DNA of 63,603 nt, filler included. It is 3 parts of 3 records of this genome, joined end to end, with 100 filler letters (N's around TTAATTAATTAA, not from the genome) between each part and the next. Parts side by side here need not be neighbours in the genome. Positions count along the whole stretch, not along the records: positions 1 to 29,728 come from DRR723986_1343; positions 29,829 to 50,324 come from DRR723986_1347; 1 more part is not named here. One strand, given 5' to 3'. Position numbers and translations under genes: made by a program. Below the pieces are notes generated by a model. That model was not told where the DNA came from. It worked only from the letters and a program-made list of their open reading frames with translations, and ran no database searches. This document shows positions 22,282 to 33,814 of this stretch, in pieces (the stretch's first letter is position 1; the number at the start of each line of letters is the position of its first letter).

Positions 22282-23211
22282 ATGCCAGCAACACTCACTA
22301 TCGCCACCCGTGAAAGCCCGCTCGCCCTGTGGCAGGCCAATCACGTCAAGGCCGCCCTGGAACAGGCCCACCCGGGGCTCGCAGTCACCCTGCTGGGTAT
22401 GACCTCCCGCGGTGACCAGCTGCTCGAGGTACCGCTGGCCAAGGTGGGCGGCAAGGGCCTGTTCGTCAAGGAACTGGAAACCGCCCTGCTGGAGGGCCGC
22501 GCCGATATCGCTGTGCATTCGATGAAGGACGTGCCGATGGAGTTTCCCGAGGGCCTGCGCCTGGGGGTGATCTGTGAGCGGGAAGACCCCAGTGACGCCT
22601 TCGTCAGCAATCGCTACCGGAACCTCGATGAATTGCCTGCGGGCAGTATCGTCGGGACATCCAGCCTGCGCCGCGAATGCCAGCTGCGCGCCCGGCGCCC
22701 GGACCTGGAAATCCGGTTCCTGCGCGGCAACGTCAACACCCGGCTGCGCAAGCTGGACGAAGGCGAGTATGACGCGATCATCCTGGCCAGTGCCGGGCTG
22801 ATCCGCCTGGGCATGCAGGACCGCATCAGGACCTCCATTTCGGTTGAGGATTCACTACCTGCGGGTGGCCAGGGCGCGGTAGGGATCGAATTGCGCGATG
22901 GCGACCAGGCGACACTCGAGTTGCTTGCGCCGCTGCATCACCCGGCGACTGCCATCAGGGTTAGCGCTGAGCGGGCGATGAATCGCCGGCTGGAGGGTGG
23001 TTGCCAGGTGCCCATTGCCTGTTACGCGGAGCTGCTGGATGAGACCAGCCTGCGCCTGCGAGGGCTGGTGGGGCGCCCGGACGGCTCCAGTATCCTGCGG
23101 TCTGAGCTGAGCGGGCCGGTGGCCAGCGCGGAAGCGCTGGGGATCAGCGTGGCGGAAGAACTGCTCGCCCAGGGTGCCGCCGACATTCTCGCTGAGGTTT
23201 ATGCGCGCTGA
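22282..23211 (+). CDS. hemC: Hydroxymethylbilane synthase
   Basis: Start at ATG 22282 ([19 protein letters not shown]). Motifs [24 protein letters not shown] and GGCQVP. Confidence 0.97.
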   Translation: MPATLTIATRESPLALWQANHVKAALEQAHPGLAVTLLGMTSRGDQLLEVPLAKVGGKGLFVKELETALLEGRADIAVHSMKDVPMEFPEGLRLGVICEREDPSDAFVSNRYRNLDELPAGSIVGTSSLRRECQLRARRPDLEIRFLRGNVNTRLRKLDEGEYDAIILASAGLIRLGMQDRIRTSISVEDSLPAGGQGAVGIELRDGDQATLELLAPLHHPATAIRVSAERAMNRRLEGGCQVPIACYAELLDETSLRLRGLVGRPDGSSILRSELSGPVASAEALGISVAEELLAQGAADILAEVYAR

Positions 23212-23980
23212 CCCGGCGGTACTGGTTACCCGTCCCCAGGGCCAGGCACAGGCGCTTTGCGCAGACCTGGCTGCGGCCGGACTGCGACCAGTGCACTGTC
23301 CGATGCTGGTGCTCGAGCCGCTGGCGGAGCCTGAGGGCGAGCAACGCAGCCGATTGCTGGAACTGGACCGCTTTGCCCACATCATATTCATCAGTGCCAA
23401 TGCGGTGCGCTTCGGGCTCGACTGGATCGACTCCTGCTGGCCGCAATTGCCCGCAGGCATTCACTGGTACGCAATCGGTGAGCGCACTGCGGCGCTGCTC
23501 GCGGAGCGGGGCCTGGCGCCACTGACGCCGGGGCAGGATATGACCAGCGAGGGCTTGCTAGCCCTGCCTTCGCTGCAGGACGTGGCCGGTGAGCGGGTGC
23601 TGATTGTGCGCGGGGAGGGCGGTCGCGACAGCCTGCGCGAGCAGCTCACAGCGCGTGGGGCTGCGGTGGAGGCGCTGGTTTGCTATCGGCGTCGGGGCCC
23701 GACTCTGGCCCCCGGGGAGTTGCTGCACACCCTGCACAGCGAGGGCATCCGGCTGGTCATGTTATCCAGTGGTGAGGGTCTGGCCAACTTCACGGCATTG
23801 CTTCCCCCCGGTGAAACAACTAAGTTACGGGAAGTGACGGTGCTGGTGCCCTCGGAACGGGTAGCGGCGCAGGCGCGGGAGAGCGGTTGGTCGCGCGTTC
23901 TGGTGGCCAGAAATGCCTCCGACGCAGCCATGCTGGCGGCGGCACAGGCCTGGTATTCCGGTGAGGAGAGGACTGAGTGA
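23201..23980 (+). CDS. hemD: Uroporphyrinogen-III synthase
   Basis: [14 protein letters not shown] and RGEGGR..L. Overlaps the end of hemC. Confidence 0.92.
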   Translation: MRADPAVLVTRPQGQAQALCADLAAAGLRPVHCPMLVLEPLAEPEGEQRSRLLELDRFAHIIFISANAVRFGLDWIDSCWPQLPAGIHWYAIGERTAALLAERGLAPLTPGQDMTSEGLLALPSLQDVAGERVLIVRGEGGRDSLREQLTARGAAVEALVCYRRRGPTLAPGELLHTLHSEGIRLVMLSSGEGLANFTALLPPGETTKLREVTVLVPSERVAAQARESGWSRVLVARNASDAAMLAAAQAWYSGEERTE

Positions 23981-25152
23981 GCGACAATAAACCCGACGAG
24001 ACGCCGGGCACCGAAGCGCCCGATACCGGCAGCCCTGCGGATACAGCACCTGCACCATCGCCGCCACCTGCAAAAACCGCGCAGGCAGCGCCCCCGCCAC
24101 CCCGGCGCGGCGGGTTTATCGCCTGGCTCGCTTTCCTGTTGGTGCTGGTACTGGGTGCCGGCAGCGCCTACGTTGTGCTGGAGGCGCAGCGCCGCGAGGC
24201 CACCTTGCTGGATCGGGTTGCGAACCTTGAGAGTGCACCTGCCCGGGACACTGCCGAGGTCAAGCAGGCCATGACCCGTCTCGAATCCAGCCTTGAGCAG
24301 CGCCTCAGCAGTGGTTTCGATTCGGCTGCCTCCGGGGTCGCCGAGCAGCAGTCCAGGCTGCAGCAGTTGGCGAACGCCCTGGAACAACAGGCCACGGAAC
24401 TGGCTCAGCAGCGCGCGGAGTTACAGCGCTATAGCGCCACCGACCGCGAGAGCTGGTTGCTGGTGGAGGCGGAATACCTGGTGCGTCTGGCGAACCAGCG
24501 CCTGGTCATGACCGGTGACACTCAATCCGCCCAGGCCCTGCTGGCCAGCGCCGATTCGATCCTGCGGCAGCTGGACGATGCGGGGCTGCACCCGGTGCGC
24601 GCCGCGCTGGCGGCGGACCTGGCCGCGATCCGGGCGGTGCCGAAACTGGATACCGAGGGTCTGTACCTGCGTCTGGCCGCGCTGATCGAACAGGCGGGTG
24701 CACTGACGATCTTCCAGATGCCTGAGCTTGAAGCCCAGCCCCTGCCCGAGCCGGCGGAGGACTGGCAGGATCGGCTGCAGCAGGGCTACCAGGCCGCGCT
24801 GCGCAAGCTGTCCGATTACATCATCATCCGGCGCCGCGATGTACCGATGGAAGTACTCATGGACCCGCAGTGGGAAGGCCTGGTGCGGCAAAACCTGCGG
24901 ATGCTGCTGGAACAGGCCCAGGTGGCGCTGCTGTCGGGCAACCAGCTGCTGTACCGGGAGAGTCTCGACCGCGCCGGTCACTGGGTCGCTGAGTTTTTTG
25001 CCTCTGATGAGGCCGGCGCGCAGGCCATGGCTGCCGAGCTGAGACAGCTGTCTGACCAGACGGTGCAGGTCACGCTGCCGGATACCAACCGCACCCTGGC
25101 GGCCCTGCAGGCGGCGGTAAGCCAGCGTGCCGGTTCGGCGGGAGGCAACTGA
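23977..25152 (+). CDS. hemX: HemX family membrane protein
   Basis: Pro-rich N-terminus, one TM segment, coiled coil and WLLVEAEYLVRLANQRL. Confidence 0.9.
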   Translation: MSDNKPDETPGTEAPDTGSPADTAPAPSPPPAKTAQAAPPPPRRGGFIAWLAFLLVLVLGAGSAYVVLEAQRREATLLDRVANLESAPARDTAEVKQAMTRLESSLEQRLSSGFDSAASGVAEQQSRLQQLANALEQQATELAQQRAELQRYSATDRESWLLVEAEYLVRLANQRLVMTGDTQSAQALLASADSILRQLDDAGLHPVRAALAADLAAIRAVPKLDTEGLYLRLAALIEQAGALTIFQMPELEAQPLPEPAEDWQDRLQQGYQAALRKLSDYIIIRRRDVPMEVLMDPQWEGLVRQNLRMLLEQAQVALLSGNQLLYRESLDRAGHWVAEFFASDEAGAQAMAAELRQLSDQTVQVTLPDTNRTLAALQAAVSQRAGSAGGN

Positions 25153-25154
25153 GC

Positions 25155-26408
25155 GTGCGTCGCCTGTTTGCCTATGCCCTGATTGCGCTCCTGCTGGGCG
25201 TCGGGGTGGTTGCCCTGATCGAAACGGATCCCGGCTATGTGCTGGTTACCTACGGCAACTACACCCTGGAAACCAGCCTCTGGGTTGGCCTGTTGCTTTT
25301 GATTCTGTTCACCCTGCTGGTGTACTTCACCCTGCGCCTGTTGCGTCGCCTGCTTACCGGGCAGCACGTGCTGAGCGGCTGGTTCAGCGATCGCAAGTCC
25401 CGGCAGTCGGCGCGGCTGACCAATCGGGGCCTGATCAATTTCATTGAGGGCAACTGGAGCAAGTCCCGGCGCCAGTTGCTGCGCGGCGCGCGCAACAGTG
25501 ATGCGCCCCTGCTTAATTACCTTGTGGCTGCGCGGGCGAGCAATCGTATTGGCGAGTCAGACAAGATGCGCGAGTACCTCGGCGCTGCTGAAGCCGCTGA
25601 TTCCCAGGCCGGGATTGCGATTGAACTGACCCAGGCGGAGATGAAGCTCGAAGCACGCCAGTACGAGCAGGCCGTGGCCACCCTGGTGCGTGCGCGGCGT
25701 AACGCGGGTCGACACCCCTATGTCCTGGAACTGCTGTGCAAGGCCTACCGTGGCCTCAAGGACTGGCAGGCTCTGGCTGAGTTGTTGCCGGAGCTGCGCA
25801 AGTACAAGGTCATGAGCGAGGAGGATCTGGGCACGCTGGAGCGGGAGGTGCAGACCCACCTGCTCCAGGCCAGCGCGGCGGGAGACGACGCCCCGGCACA
25901 GCTGCAGCGCCATTGGCAGGGCCTGCCAGCGAGTCTCAAGCGGGACCCGGACCTGCTCACGGCCTATGTCGGGCTGCTCGTCGCCCGGGGCGCCAGCGAG
26001 GTGGCCGAGAAGGTTATCGTGCGTGCGCTCAAGCAGAGTTGGGATCCCGCACTGGTGAATCTTTACGGTCGTCTTGAGGGCGATAACGCCGGCCGGCGCC
26101 TGTCCCAGGCCGAGGCCTGGAGCGCCGAGCATGAACGGGATGCCGATTTGCTGCTGTGTCTTGGTCGTCTGGCGGCCCGGGAGAAGCTGTGGAGTCAGGC
26201 CCGGGACTACTACGAGCGGAGCTTCCGCCTGCGCGGTACGGCGGAGACGGCGGTTGAACTGGGACGGCTGTTGGCGGCCCTCGGGGACCACAAGGCCGCC
26301 ACCACGTACTTCAATAAGGCGCTGGAACTCGGGCGCACGGATCTGCCCGCACTGCCCATGCCGGAAAAACCCCTGCCGCGTTCACACAGGCTATCCAGCC
26401 AGAACTGA
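25155..26408 (+). CDS. hemY: HemY N-terminal domain/TPR protein
   Basis: DPGYVLV.YG.YTLETSLW, two TM segments and TPR-like helices. Follows hemX. Confidence 0.9.
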   Translation: MRRLFAYALIALLLGVGVVALIETDPGYVLVTYGNYTLETSLWVGLLLLILFTLLVYFTLRLLRRLLTGQHVLSGWFSDRKSRQSARLTNRGLINFIEGNWSKSRRQLLRGARNSDAPLLNYLVAARASNRIGESDKMREYLGAAEAADSQAGIAIELTQAEMKLEARQYEQAVATLVRARRNAGRHPYVLELLCKAYRGLKDWQALAELLPELRKYKVMSEEDLGTLEREVQTHLLQASAAGDDAPAQLQRHWQGLPASLKRDPDLLTAYVGLLVARGASEVAEKVIVRALKQSWDPALVNLYGRLEGDNAGRRLSQAEAWSAEHERDADLLLCLGRLAAREKLWSQARDYYERSFRLRGTAETAVELGRLLAALGDHKAATTYFNKALELGRTDLPALPMPEKPLPRSHRLSSQN

Positions 26409-26417
26409 GTCGCCGCT

Positions 26418-27905
26418 TCAGTCGATACCGAGCGAATCCCACAGGCTGTCGATGTGGGCCCGGGTGGCGTCGTCCATGCGGATGGGCTGACCCCACTCCC
26501 GCGTGGTTTCGCCCTGCCACTTGTTGGTGGCGTCGAAGCCGACTTTGGATCCCAGGCCCGCCACCGGCGAGGCGAAGTCGAGGTAGTCGATCGGGGTATC
26601 GTCGATGAACACGCTGTCCCGCCGCGGATCCATGCGGGTGGTCATGGCCCAGATCACATCCTGCCAGTTGCGCGCATCCACATCATCGTCAGTGACGATC
26701 ACGAACTTGGTGTACATGAACTGGCGCAGGAAGGACCAGACGCCGAGCATTACGCGCTTGGCATGGCCCGGGTATTCCTTGCGCATGGTCACCACCGCCA
26801 GCCGATAGGAGCAGCCTTCGGGGGGCAGGTAGAAGTCGACAATTTCCGGAAACTGTTTTTTCAGGATCGGCACGAACACTTCGTTCAGCGCTACCCCGAG
26901 AATGGCGGGTTCGTCCGGGGGCCGGCCGGTATAGGTGCTGTGGTATATCGGTGATTCCCGGCTGGTGATGGCCTCGACGGTAAACACCGGGAAGCGATCG
27001 ACCTCATTGTAATAACCGGTGTGGTCGCCGAAGGGCCCTTCCTCGGCGAGTTCGCCGGGTTCCAGGTAGCCTTCCAGGACAATCTCCGCAGAGGCCGGGA
27101 CCTGCAACCGGTTGTTGCGGCATAGTTCGGTGACACACTCGGCCAGTTCCGTCTTGCTGCCGCGCAGCAGGCCGGCAAAGGCATATTCCGACAGGCTGTC
27201 TGGCACCGGGGTAACCGCACCGAGGGTGGTGGCGGGGTCCGCGCCCAGCGCTACCGCGACCGGGTAGCGCTGCCCCGGGTGCTGCAGCTGCCAGTCCCGG
27301 TAATCCAGCGCGCCGCCGCGATGCGACAGCCAGCGCATGATGAGTTTGTTGCGCCCCAATAGCTGCATCCGGTAAATGCCGAGGTTCTGGCGCTCCTTGT
27401 TCGGTCCCCGGGTAATGACCAGCGGCCAGGTGACCAGCGGGCCTGCGTCGCCGGGCCAGCAGGTCTGGATCGGCAGGGATGTCAGGTCGACGTCGTCCCC
27501 GGTGCGCACGTGATACTGGCAGGCGGGGTTGCGCACGACCTTCGGTCCCATGTTCATGACCTGCTTGAGGATCGGGGCTTTTTCCAGCGCATCGCGCATG
27601 CCCCGGGGCGGGTCGGGTTGGCGCAGGTAGGCCAGCAGCTCACCAATCTCGCGCAGGGCGGCGACGTTGTCTGCGCCCATGCCCAGCGCAACCCGTTGCT
27701 CGGTGCCGAACAGGTTGGCCAGGACGGGGGTGCTGAAGCCCTTGGGATTTTCGAACAGCAGGGCCGGGCCGCCGGCGCGCAAGGTGCGGTCGGCGATCTC
27801 AGTCATCTCCAGCCGGGGATCGACTTCGACGGTGATGCGTTTCAGTTCACCGCGCTGCTCCAGCGCGGCGATGAACTCACGCAGGTCGGTATATTTGATG
27901 GGCAA
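26418..27905 (-). CDS. ubiD: 4-hydroxy-3-polyprenylbenzoate decarboxylase
   Basis: [26 protein letters not shown] and [12 protein letters not shown] 27905 is preceded by AGGGAG; the alternative start is 27923. Confidence 0.96.
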   Translation of the reverse strand: MPIKYTDLREFIAALEQRGELKRITVEVDPRLEMTEIADRTLRAGGPALLFENPKGFSTPVLANLFGTEQRVALGMGADNVAALREIGELLAYLRQPDPPRGMRDALEKAPILKQVMNMGPKVVRNPACQYHVRTGDDVDLTSLPIQTCWPGDAGPLVTWPLVITRGPNKERQNLGIYRMQLLGRNKLIMRWLSHRGGALDYRDWQLQHPGQRYPVAVALGADPATTLGAVTPVPDSLSEYAFAGLLRGSKTELAECVTELCRNNRLQVPASAEIVLEGYLEPGELAEEGPFGDHTGYYNEVDRFPVFTVEAITSRESPIYHSTYTGRPPDEPAILGVALNEVFVPILKKQFPEIVDFYLPPEGCSYRLAVVTMRKEYPGHAKRVMLGVWSFLRQFMYTKFVIVTDDDVDARNWQDVIWAMTTRMDPRRDSVFIDDTPIDYLDFASPVAGLGSKVGFDATNKWQGETTREWGQPIRMDDATRAHIDSLWDSLGID

Positions 27906-27977
27906 GTGTTCGCTCCCTGGCAATCGGCCGCCCAGTATAGCGAAATGGCCGCGGCGGGGAGATGCCGCGGCAGCGCC

Positions 27978-29246
27978 TTATTTGCGCTTCATCGACATGA
28001 AGAACTCGTCGTTGGTCTTGGTGTCCTTGAGCTTGTCCAGCAGGAACTCGATTGCCGGCAGGTCTTCCATGCCGTGCAGCAGCTTGCGCAGGATCCACAT
28101 ACGCTGCAGTTCTTCCTCGCCGGTCAGTAGTTCTTCGCGACGGGTGCCCGAACGGCGGATGTTGATGGCGGGGTAGACGCGCTTCTCGGCGATCTTGCGG
28201 TCCAGGTGCAGTTCCGCGTTACCGGTGCCCTTGAATTCTTCGTAGATCACTTCGTCCATCTTGGAGCCGGTGTCGATCAGCGCCGTGGCGATGATGGACA
28301 GGCTGCCGCCTTCCTCGATGTTCCGGGCGGCACCGAAGAAGCGCTTGGGCCGCTCCAGGGCGTGTGCGTCAACACCACCGGTCAGTACCTTGCCGGAGCT
28401 GGGGATAACCGTGTTGTAAGCGCGGGCGAGACGGGTAATGGAGTCGAGCAGGATCACCACGTCACGCTTGTGTTCTACCAGGCGCTTGGCTTTCTCGATC
28501 ACCATGTCGGCCACCTGCACGTGACGCGAGGGGGGCTCGTCGAAGGTTGATGCGACGACTTCCGCGCCGCGTACACCGACTGAGCGCTGCATTTCCGTGA
28601 CTTCTTCCGGGCGCTCATCGATCAGCAGGACGATGATGTAACACTCGGGGTTGTTGCTGATAATCGCCTGGGCGATGTTCTGCATCATGATGGTCTTGCC
28701 CGCCTTGGGCGGTGCCACCAGCAGGCCACGCTGTCCCTTGCCGATCGGTGCGACGAGGTCGATCACCCGACCGGTCAGGTCCTCACTGCTGCCGTTGCCC
28801 TTCTCCAGTGTCAGGCGCTCGTCGGGGAACAGCGGGGTGAGGTTTTCAAACAGGATCTTGCTCTTGGAATTCTCTGGCTGGTCGAAATTGACATCACCGA
28901 CCTTGAGCAGGGCAAAGTAGCGCTCGCTGTCTTTGGGCGGGCGGATCTTGCCGGATATCGTGTCACCGGTGCGCAGGTTGAAGCGCCTGATCTGGCTCGG
29001 TGAGACGTAAATGTCGTCCGGGCCGGCGAGGTAGGAGCTATCCGCGGAGCGCAGGAAACCGAAACCGTCCTGCAGGATTTCCAGTACCCCGTCCCCGTAA
29101 ATGTCCTCCCCACTCTTTGCGTGGCGCTTGAGGATCGCGAAGATGATGTCCTGTTTGCGCGAGCGCGCCATATTTTCCAGGCCAATCTCTTTGGCGATGT
29201 CGATCAGTTCCTGGGTGGATTTGGTTTTCAGGTCGGTAAGATTCAT
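27978..29246 (-). CDS. rho: Transcription termination factor Rho
   Basis: [27 protein letters not shown] and SGTRREELL. Confidence 0.99.
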   Translation of the reverse strand: MNLTDLKTKSTQELIDIAKEIGLENMARSRKQDIIFAILKRHAKSGEDIYGDGVLEILQDGFGFLRSADSSYLAGPDDIYVSPSQIRRFNLRTGDTISGKIRPPKDSERYFALLKVGDVNFDQPENSKSKILFENLTPLFPDERLTLEKGNGSSEDLTGRVIDLVAPIGKGQRGLLVAPPKAGKTIMMQNIAQAIISNNPECYIIVLLIDERPEEVTEMQRSVGVRGAEVVASTFDEPPSRHVQVADMVIEKAKRLVEHKRDVVILLDSITRLARAYNTVIPSSGKVLTGGVDAHALERPKRFFGAARNIEEGGSLSIIATALIDTGSKMDEVIYEEFKGTGNAELHLDRKIAEKRVYPAINIRRSGTRREELLTGEEELQRMWILRKLLHGMEDLPAIEFLLDKLKDTKTNDEFFMSMKRK

Positions 29247-29482
29247 AGAGTTTCTTGTTGTATGAGACTTGAGAGGGAGAGAAAAAAATGGAAATGGATT
29301 ATCCGCTTGCCCTGCCAGAAATCGGCGAAACGAGAACGCAATCAGGATTGGGTAACGGGGTTATTATCGCTACGCTGGCGCGTAACAGGCTGGAATGTAG
29401 CACGGCCCCCGAGTGCCGTCTAGCGCTTTTTCCTCATCGGATCGGAGCGGCAAACGGCCCGGCGATGCCGGGCCATCGCCGG

Positions 29483-29728
29483 TCAGATGACTTCCTGGAT
29501 GAACTCCGCCAGCTGGGTCTTGGACAGCGCCCCAACCTTGGTAGCCTCGGCATTTCCACCCTTGAACACGATCAGGGTCGGGATGCCGCGGATGCCGAAT
29601 TTCGGCGGAATATCCGGGTTTGCATCGACGTCGACCTTGCAGATCTTCAGCTTGCCGTCGTATTCGTCGGCAATTTCATCCAGCACCGGCGCGATCATCT
29701 TGCAGGGGCCACACCACTCGGCCCAGAA
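29483..29728 (-). CDS. trxA: Thioredoxin, 5' end lost at the contig break
   Basis: [16 protein letters not shown]...GIRGIPTL. Lies upstream of rho. Confidence 0.95.
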   Translation of the reverse strand, partial: FWAEWCGPCKMIAPVLDEIADEYDGKLKICKVDVDANPDIPPKFGIRGIPTLIVFKGGNAEATKVGALSKTQLAEFIQEVI

Positions 29729-29828
29729 NNNNNNNNNNNNNNNNNNNNNNNNNNNNNNNNNNNNNNNNNNNNTTAATTAATTAANNNNNNNNNNNNNNNN
29801 NNNNNNNNNNNNNNNNNNNNNNNNNNNN
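29729..29828. other. Artificial contig linker
   Basis: N44-TTAATTAATTAA-N44 (stops in all six frames). Base composition and gene lineage change across it. Confidence 0.97.
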
Positions 29829-30180
29829 CTTTATTCTGGAACTTGGCGGAAATGATGGTTTGAGAGGAATAAAACTGACTGAAACCAAAAGCAACTTGCT
29901 TAAAATCATTGATAAAGTCAGATCAAAATTTCCTGACACCAAGATCATTTTGGCAGGCATGCAAATCCCTCCAAACATGGGTCAGAAATACGCGACTGAA
30001 TTCACAGAAATGTACCCTGCGGTAGCAGAAGAAAAGGATGTCACACTCATTCCTTTTCTATTGGAAAATGTGGGTGGAATTCCCGAGCTAAATCTTCCTG
30101 ATGGCATTCACCCTACGGAAGAAGGGCATAAGATTGTGTTTGAGACGATTTGGCCTTATGTAAAAAGCCAAATTGAATAA
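29829..30180 (+). CDS. GDSL/SGNH arylesterase (TesA-like), 5' truncated
   Basis: FILELGGNDGLRG (block III), GMQIPPNMG and DGIHP (block V). Confidence 0.9.
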
Positions 30181-30262
30181 TCCCTATTGAACATCAACAG
30201 CTTTGGCTTGTAAGTCACTTAAAAAGAGAGCAATAGATTTTACTTTTAGCAACAAATAATAC

Positions 30263-30293
30263 AAAACTCAGTCAATCAGGCTGAGTTTTTTTT
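30263..30293 (+). terminator. Intrinsic terminator after the esterase gene
   Basis: AAAACTCAGTC-AATCA-GGCTGAGTTTT followed by more T residues. Confidence 0.75.
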
Positions 30294-30347
30294 GGTGTCA
30301 ACTGATTAACTACTATCTTATTCATTTAATCCACAAACCGTATTCAA

Positions 30348-31538
30348 ATGCGTAAAAGCCTATTAATCTTACTTCTATTTAGCTCATTTGGCCTTTTTTC
30401 CTGTGAGGAAAAAGAAATTGTTACAGAAGTAGCTCCAATTGAACTTTCCATAGATATGGTTGACTCCTTAGATTTAGAAATCCTCGGCAATCCTTTGATG
30501 GCTTCTGTAAACAAGGAGGGCAGCCTTATTTCCTTTTTCGATTTTCCCTCTAGCGAGACTATTATAACAAATTCAAATGGAGAAATCCTTGGTCAATTCT
30601 CCAAAAAAGAAGATACGCCTGATGCCTATGGGTTCAAACTGGAATTGCCAGTTCTTTGGGGTGAAGACCGGGTGATCCTCATTGGTATGAGAGGGATTTT
30701 CATCTATGACTTGGATGGCAACATGATCAAAAAAATCGATCACGCTGAAGCTATGGGAAGTGCAGGATCCATGTCAATGCCAGGATTAACGGCAAAAATA
30801 GTCAGACTTGAAGGGAAAGAATACTTGATGACCAAGTCATTTAGAAGTCGAGATACCTATCCAGGAGAGCAAAAATTTTACGACACCTACAAAGCCGTCG
30901 AATTGGTAGATTTAGAAACTGGGGAAATGCAGGACTTTGGGCCCTTTGAGGCAGGCACCAAATTCCTAGACGGTATGGGCTACGTGCAAAGCGATTATGC
31001 TCCTGCGTTCCATGTAAGGAACGGAAAATTATATCTCTCCCATGGCTCAGACCCAACCCTCTATATTTATGACTTTTCGGCAGAAGAAGCAAAACTCGAC
31101 ACAGCCATTCACTTGGCGATTCCAGATTTTTATGAGGTGGAAGGGCTTCCTCGAAGCGAGTTTTCTCCAGGCAATGTCACCATCAATGGAGGCACAGCAG
31201 CTATCAGAAATATTTTGATTCAGGACGGGAAAGTACTGGTCCACTACTACCCAGGCATAGATCCAAAAATCATGGAAGAAGCTAGGGCTCTATGGAGCAC
31301 AGGGAAGGAAGAGGAGGGCGAGGCGATTTACAATAAAGCGGCTTCTGAAACCAAACCAGGCATACTTGTTTTTGATGAAAAGAGCTTAAACTACCTCGGA
31401 ACTCTGAGTTTCCCTACTGGCATTAATCCAAGTGGCTTCATGGCAGATGACAACTTTCTCTATTTCCAAAGAACACCCGATCCAGACGTTGAAGAGGATT
31501 TTTTAAGAATTTATAAAACGAAACTAACTAAAAAATGA
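30348..31538 (+). CDS. Lipoprotein paralog 1, probable beta-propeller, function unknown
   Basis: Signal II LFSC, N-terminal motif MVDSLDLEILG and C-terminal motif EEDFLRIYKTKL. Confidence 0.8.
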   Translation: MRKSLLILLLFSSFGLFSCEEKEIVTEVAPIELSIDMVDSLDLEILGNPLMASVNKEGSLISFFDFPSSETIITNSNGEILGQFSKKEDTPDAYGFKLELPVLWGEDRVILIGMRGIFIYDLDGNMIKKIDHAEAMGSAGSMSMPGLTAKIVRLEGKEYLMTKSFRSRDTYPGEQKFYDTYKAVELVDLETGEMQDFGPFEAGTKFLDGMGYVQSDYAPAFHVRNGKLYLSHGSDPTLYIYDFSAEEAKLDTAIHLAIPDFYEVEGLPRSEFSPGNVTINGGTAAIRNILIQDGKVLVHYYPGIDPKIMEEARALWSTGKEEEGEAIYNKAASETKPGILVFDEKSLNYLGTLSFPTGINPSGFMADDNFLYFQRTPDPDVEEDFLRIYKTKLTKK

Positions 31539-32674
31539 TTTCCAGACACATTTTAATTGCCTTTTTAGCTTACAGCTTTCTGAGCTGTTCCTCCTCAGAA
31601 AAATCCGAAAAAGTAACATCTGAAACTTCAACTGAATGGAAACTCCAAGTTCTTGATTCTATCCAGGTGGATTATATGGGAAATATTTCCACTGGAGATT
31701 TTAGAGATGGAATGGGTTTGCTATATGATTATACCGCGAATACATTAATCAAAATCGATTATGAAGGACAGGTCCTCTCCACCAAAGCATTTCCCAAAGA
31801 CGGCCCAAATTCAATTTCTTTTATCTCCACAATCAAAATTGATCCTTCCAACAATCCTATTATTGGCAATCATGGTGGCCCATATTATAAATTAAGCGAG
31901 GATCTATCGGTTAAATTAGAAATTGAAATGCCCTTTCCAGCCCCCATTCATGGCGGGCTGATGGATGCGAAATCATTCGAGTTCTGGCAGGATAAAATAA
32001 TTCTTTACTATACAGGAAGAGATGAAGTGGGACCTTTTACAGAAAATTATTTAAGAGACTATTTCTTGCTGGAAATGCTTAATCCTGCCACTGGAGAAAG
32101 CAGTCCCCTAATCCGAACTCCTGAAACCTCAAAATTCAGTACGGGCTTACTCTACGAAAGGCCTTCTATATCATTTACGACAGTTGAAAATGACCTATTG
32201 CTCTACTTCAACAACGAACCCAAGATCCACAGATTTAACTTGCTTGACTCCGGGAAGCACATAGAGACCCTAGATCTTAACCCTTCGAAATTTATCGAAG
32301 CCCCGGAGTTGAAAGATAAATACGAAAATTACGGCTACGAAAAATTGGTCGAAGGAAATATTTTTGGAGTATTTGCTGATCAGAAACACCTTGTGGTCCA
32401 CTATTCAGAAGGGATTTCAGAGGATGTTTTCGGCTCACAGAACTTCACGTTCCCTGAGGATTTCCCTAGATTAGCAGAATTAAACCAATCCTATTTCAAA
32501 ATGTATGACGCTGAAAAAGGATGGTCAAATGAGGTTCCAATTCCTAAAAAAGTTAAGCAAATCTTTGCTATAGAGAATCCTACCGACCCATTTTTTGCCC
32601 TCCGAAACGACGATTATATAGGCGAAGAGCAGGATTATCTTACTTTTTATAAACTACAATTGGTACAAAAATGA
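31535..32674 (+). CDS. Lipoprotein paralog 2
   Basis: FLSC lipobox, VLDSIQVDYMG, KDGP and EQDYLTFYKLQLVQK. ATGA overlap. Confidence 0.8.
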   Translation: MISRHILIAFLAYSFLSCSSSEKSEKVTSETSTEWKLQVLDSIQVDYMGNISTGDFRDGMGLLYDYTANTLIKIDYEGQVLSTKAFPKDGPNSISFISTIKIDPSNNPIIGNHGGPYYKLSEDLSVKLEIEMPFPAPIHGGLMDAKSFEFWQDKIILYYTGRDEVGPFTENYLRDYFLLEMLNPATGESSPLIRTPETSKFSTGLLYERPSISFTTVENDLLLYFNNEPKIHRFNLLDSGKHIETLDLNPSKFIEAPELKDKYENYGYEKLVEGNIFGVFADQKHLVVHYSEGISEDVFGSQNFTFPEDFPRLAELNQSYFKMYDAEKGWSNEVPIPKKVKQIFAIENPTDPFFALRNDDYIGEEQDYLTFYKLQLVQK

Positions 32675-32678
32675 AAAA
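32597..32678 (+). repeat. 82-nt direct repeat, copy 1 (gene 3' end plus next start codon)
   Basis: 75 of 82 nt identical to 33733-33814 (manual alignment). Confidence 0.85.
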
Positions 32679-33810
32679 GATCACCGCACTTTTCACTTGC
32701 TCAATCCTGTTGGCTTTTGCATGCTCATCTCCTAAAGAACAACCAGAGAACCAATTAAACAACTCCAATGAATGGGAACTACAAATCGTGGATTCTATTC
32801 AGGTGGATTATCTGGGGAGTGTAGATGGAGGAGAATTCAGAAATGGAAAAGGAGTGATTTTTGATTTTAAAACAAATAGTCTGGTCGAATTTAACGAAAC
32901 TGGGGAGATTCTAAATCAGCAGTCTTACCCTAAGGAAGGGCCTGGAGCAGTTATTTATCCTACAACACTTCGTTATGATGAACAGGGAAAACTTTATGGA
33001 ATGAGTTTTCTTAGCTGGCTGTATGAATTCAATACCGACCTCACGCTTAAAAAACAAGTTGATATGCCATTCTTGTCAATTTCAAACGATGGAATGTCAT
33101 TTGGGAGAAATTTTGAACCATGGAATGGTCATCTAATCTCCTGGTATCCTGGAAGGGACGGTGCAGATCAATATGACCCATTTTTCTTCAGGGATCATTT
33201 CCTTTTAGAAAAACTAAACCTCAAGACCGGTGAGGCAGAGCCAGTTGTAAAATTACCCTCCAGCTCTCGGTACACGACTGATAAGTATTATGAAAGAGCC
33301 CATTTGAGATTCGGCATTGTGAAAGAACAACTTTATCTGGTTTTAAATAATGAACCTCTAATTCATATTTATGATATGGCTAATGGGTTCAAATATCTTA
33401 GCACTTTTACTTTTTCACCGTCGGTCTTCTTTGACAATGGCGAGCATTCAAAGGCATATGAGTACATCTCTCGGTATCGGATGTTAGACGGGAGGATTTC
33501 AGGGTTTTATCCTCGCCCTGATGGGATTTTCATCACTTATACCGAAGGCATAAGCGAAGATATTTTCATGCAAAATGAATTAAAAAACCCCAAAAACTTT
33601 CCAAAGTACGGGGAATTTCAACGTCATATTTTAAAGTTTATGAACACAGATTCCCTCTGGTCAAATGAACTAATCATCCCAAATACAATTGATCAAATCC
33701 TAAACATAGAATCTCCATCCAAACCCTTCTACGCCCTCCGAAACGACGAGTACATAGGTGAAGAGCAGGATTATTTAACTTTTTATAAGCTTCAATTGGT
33801 ACAAAAATGA
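32671..33810 (+). CDS. Lipoprotein paralog 3
   Basis: AFAC lipobox, IVDSIQVDYLG, KEGPG and EQDYLTFYKLQLVQK. ATGA overlap. Confidence 0.8.
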   Translation: MKKITALFTCSILLAFACSSPKEQPENQLNNSNEWELQIVDSIQVDYLGSVDGGEFRNGKGVIFDFKTNSLVEFNETGEILNQQSYPKEGPGAVIYPTTLRYDEQGKLYGMSFLSWLYEFNTDLTLKKQVDMPFLSISNDGMSFGRNFEPWNGHLISWYPGRDGADQYDPFFFRDHFLLEKLNLKTGEAEPVVKLPSSSRYTTDKYYERAHLRFGIVKEQLYLVLNNEPLIHIYDMANGFKYLSTFTFSPSVFFDNGEHSKAYEYISRYRMLDGRISGFYPRPDGIFITYTEGISEDIFMQNELKNPKNFPKYGEFQRHILKFMNTDSLWSNELIIPNTIDQILNIESPSKPFYALRNDEYIGEEQDYLTFYKLQLVQK

Positions 33811-33814
33811 AAAA
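33733..33814 (+). repeat. 82-nt direct repeat, copy 2
   Basis: Matches 32597-32678 at a 1136-nt offset. Confidence 0.85.

Noticed and set aside
29247..29482. Long trxA-rho intergenic region as a novel RNA
   Set aside because: It is consistent with the known rho leader used for autoregulation, and nothing distinctive is visible.
29729..29828. TTAATTAATTAA within N-runs (also 50325-50424) and the composition shifts, read as island boundaries or att sites
   Set aside because: Both are identical artificial all-frame-stop linkers, and genes are cut at the junctions. The segments come from different organisms, not from horizontal transfer.
32597..33814. The 82-nt repeat pair as a DGR template/variable repeat
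   Set aside because: The mismatches are mostly synonymous and not adenine-specific, both copies are coding, and no reverse transcriptase is present.
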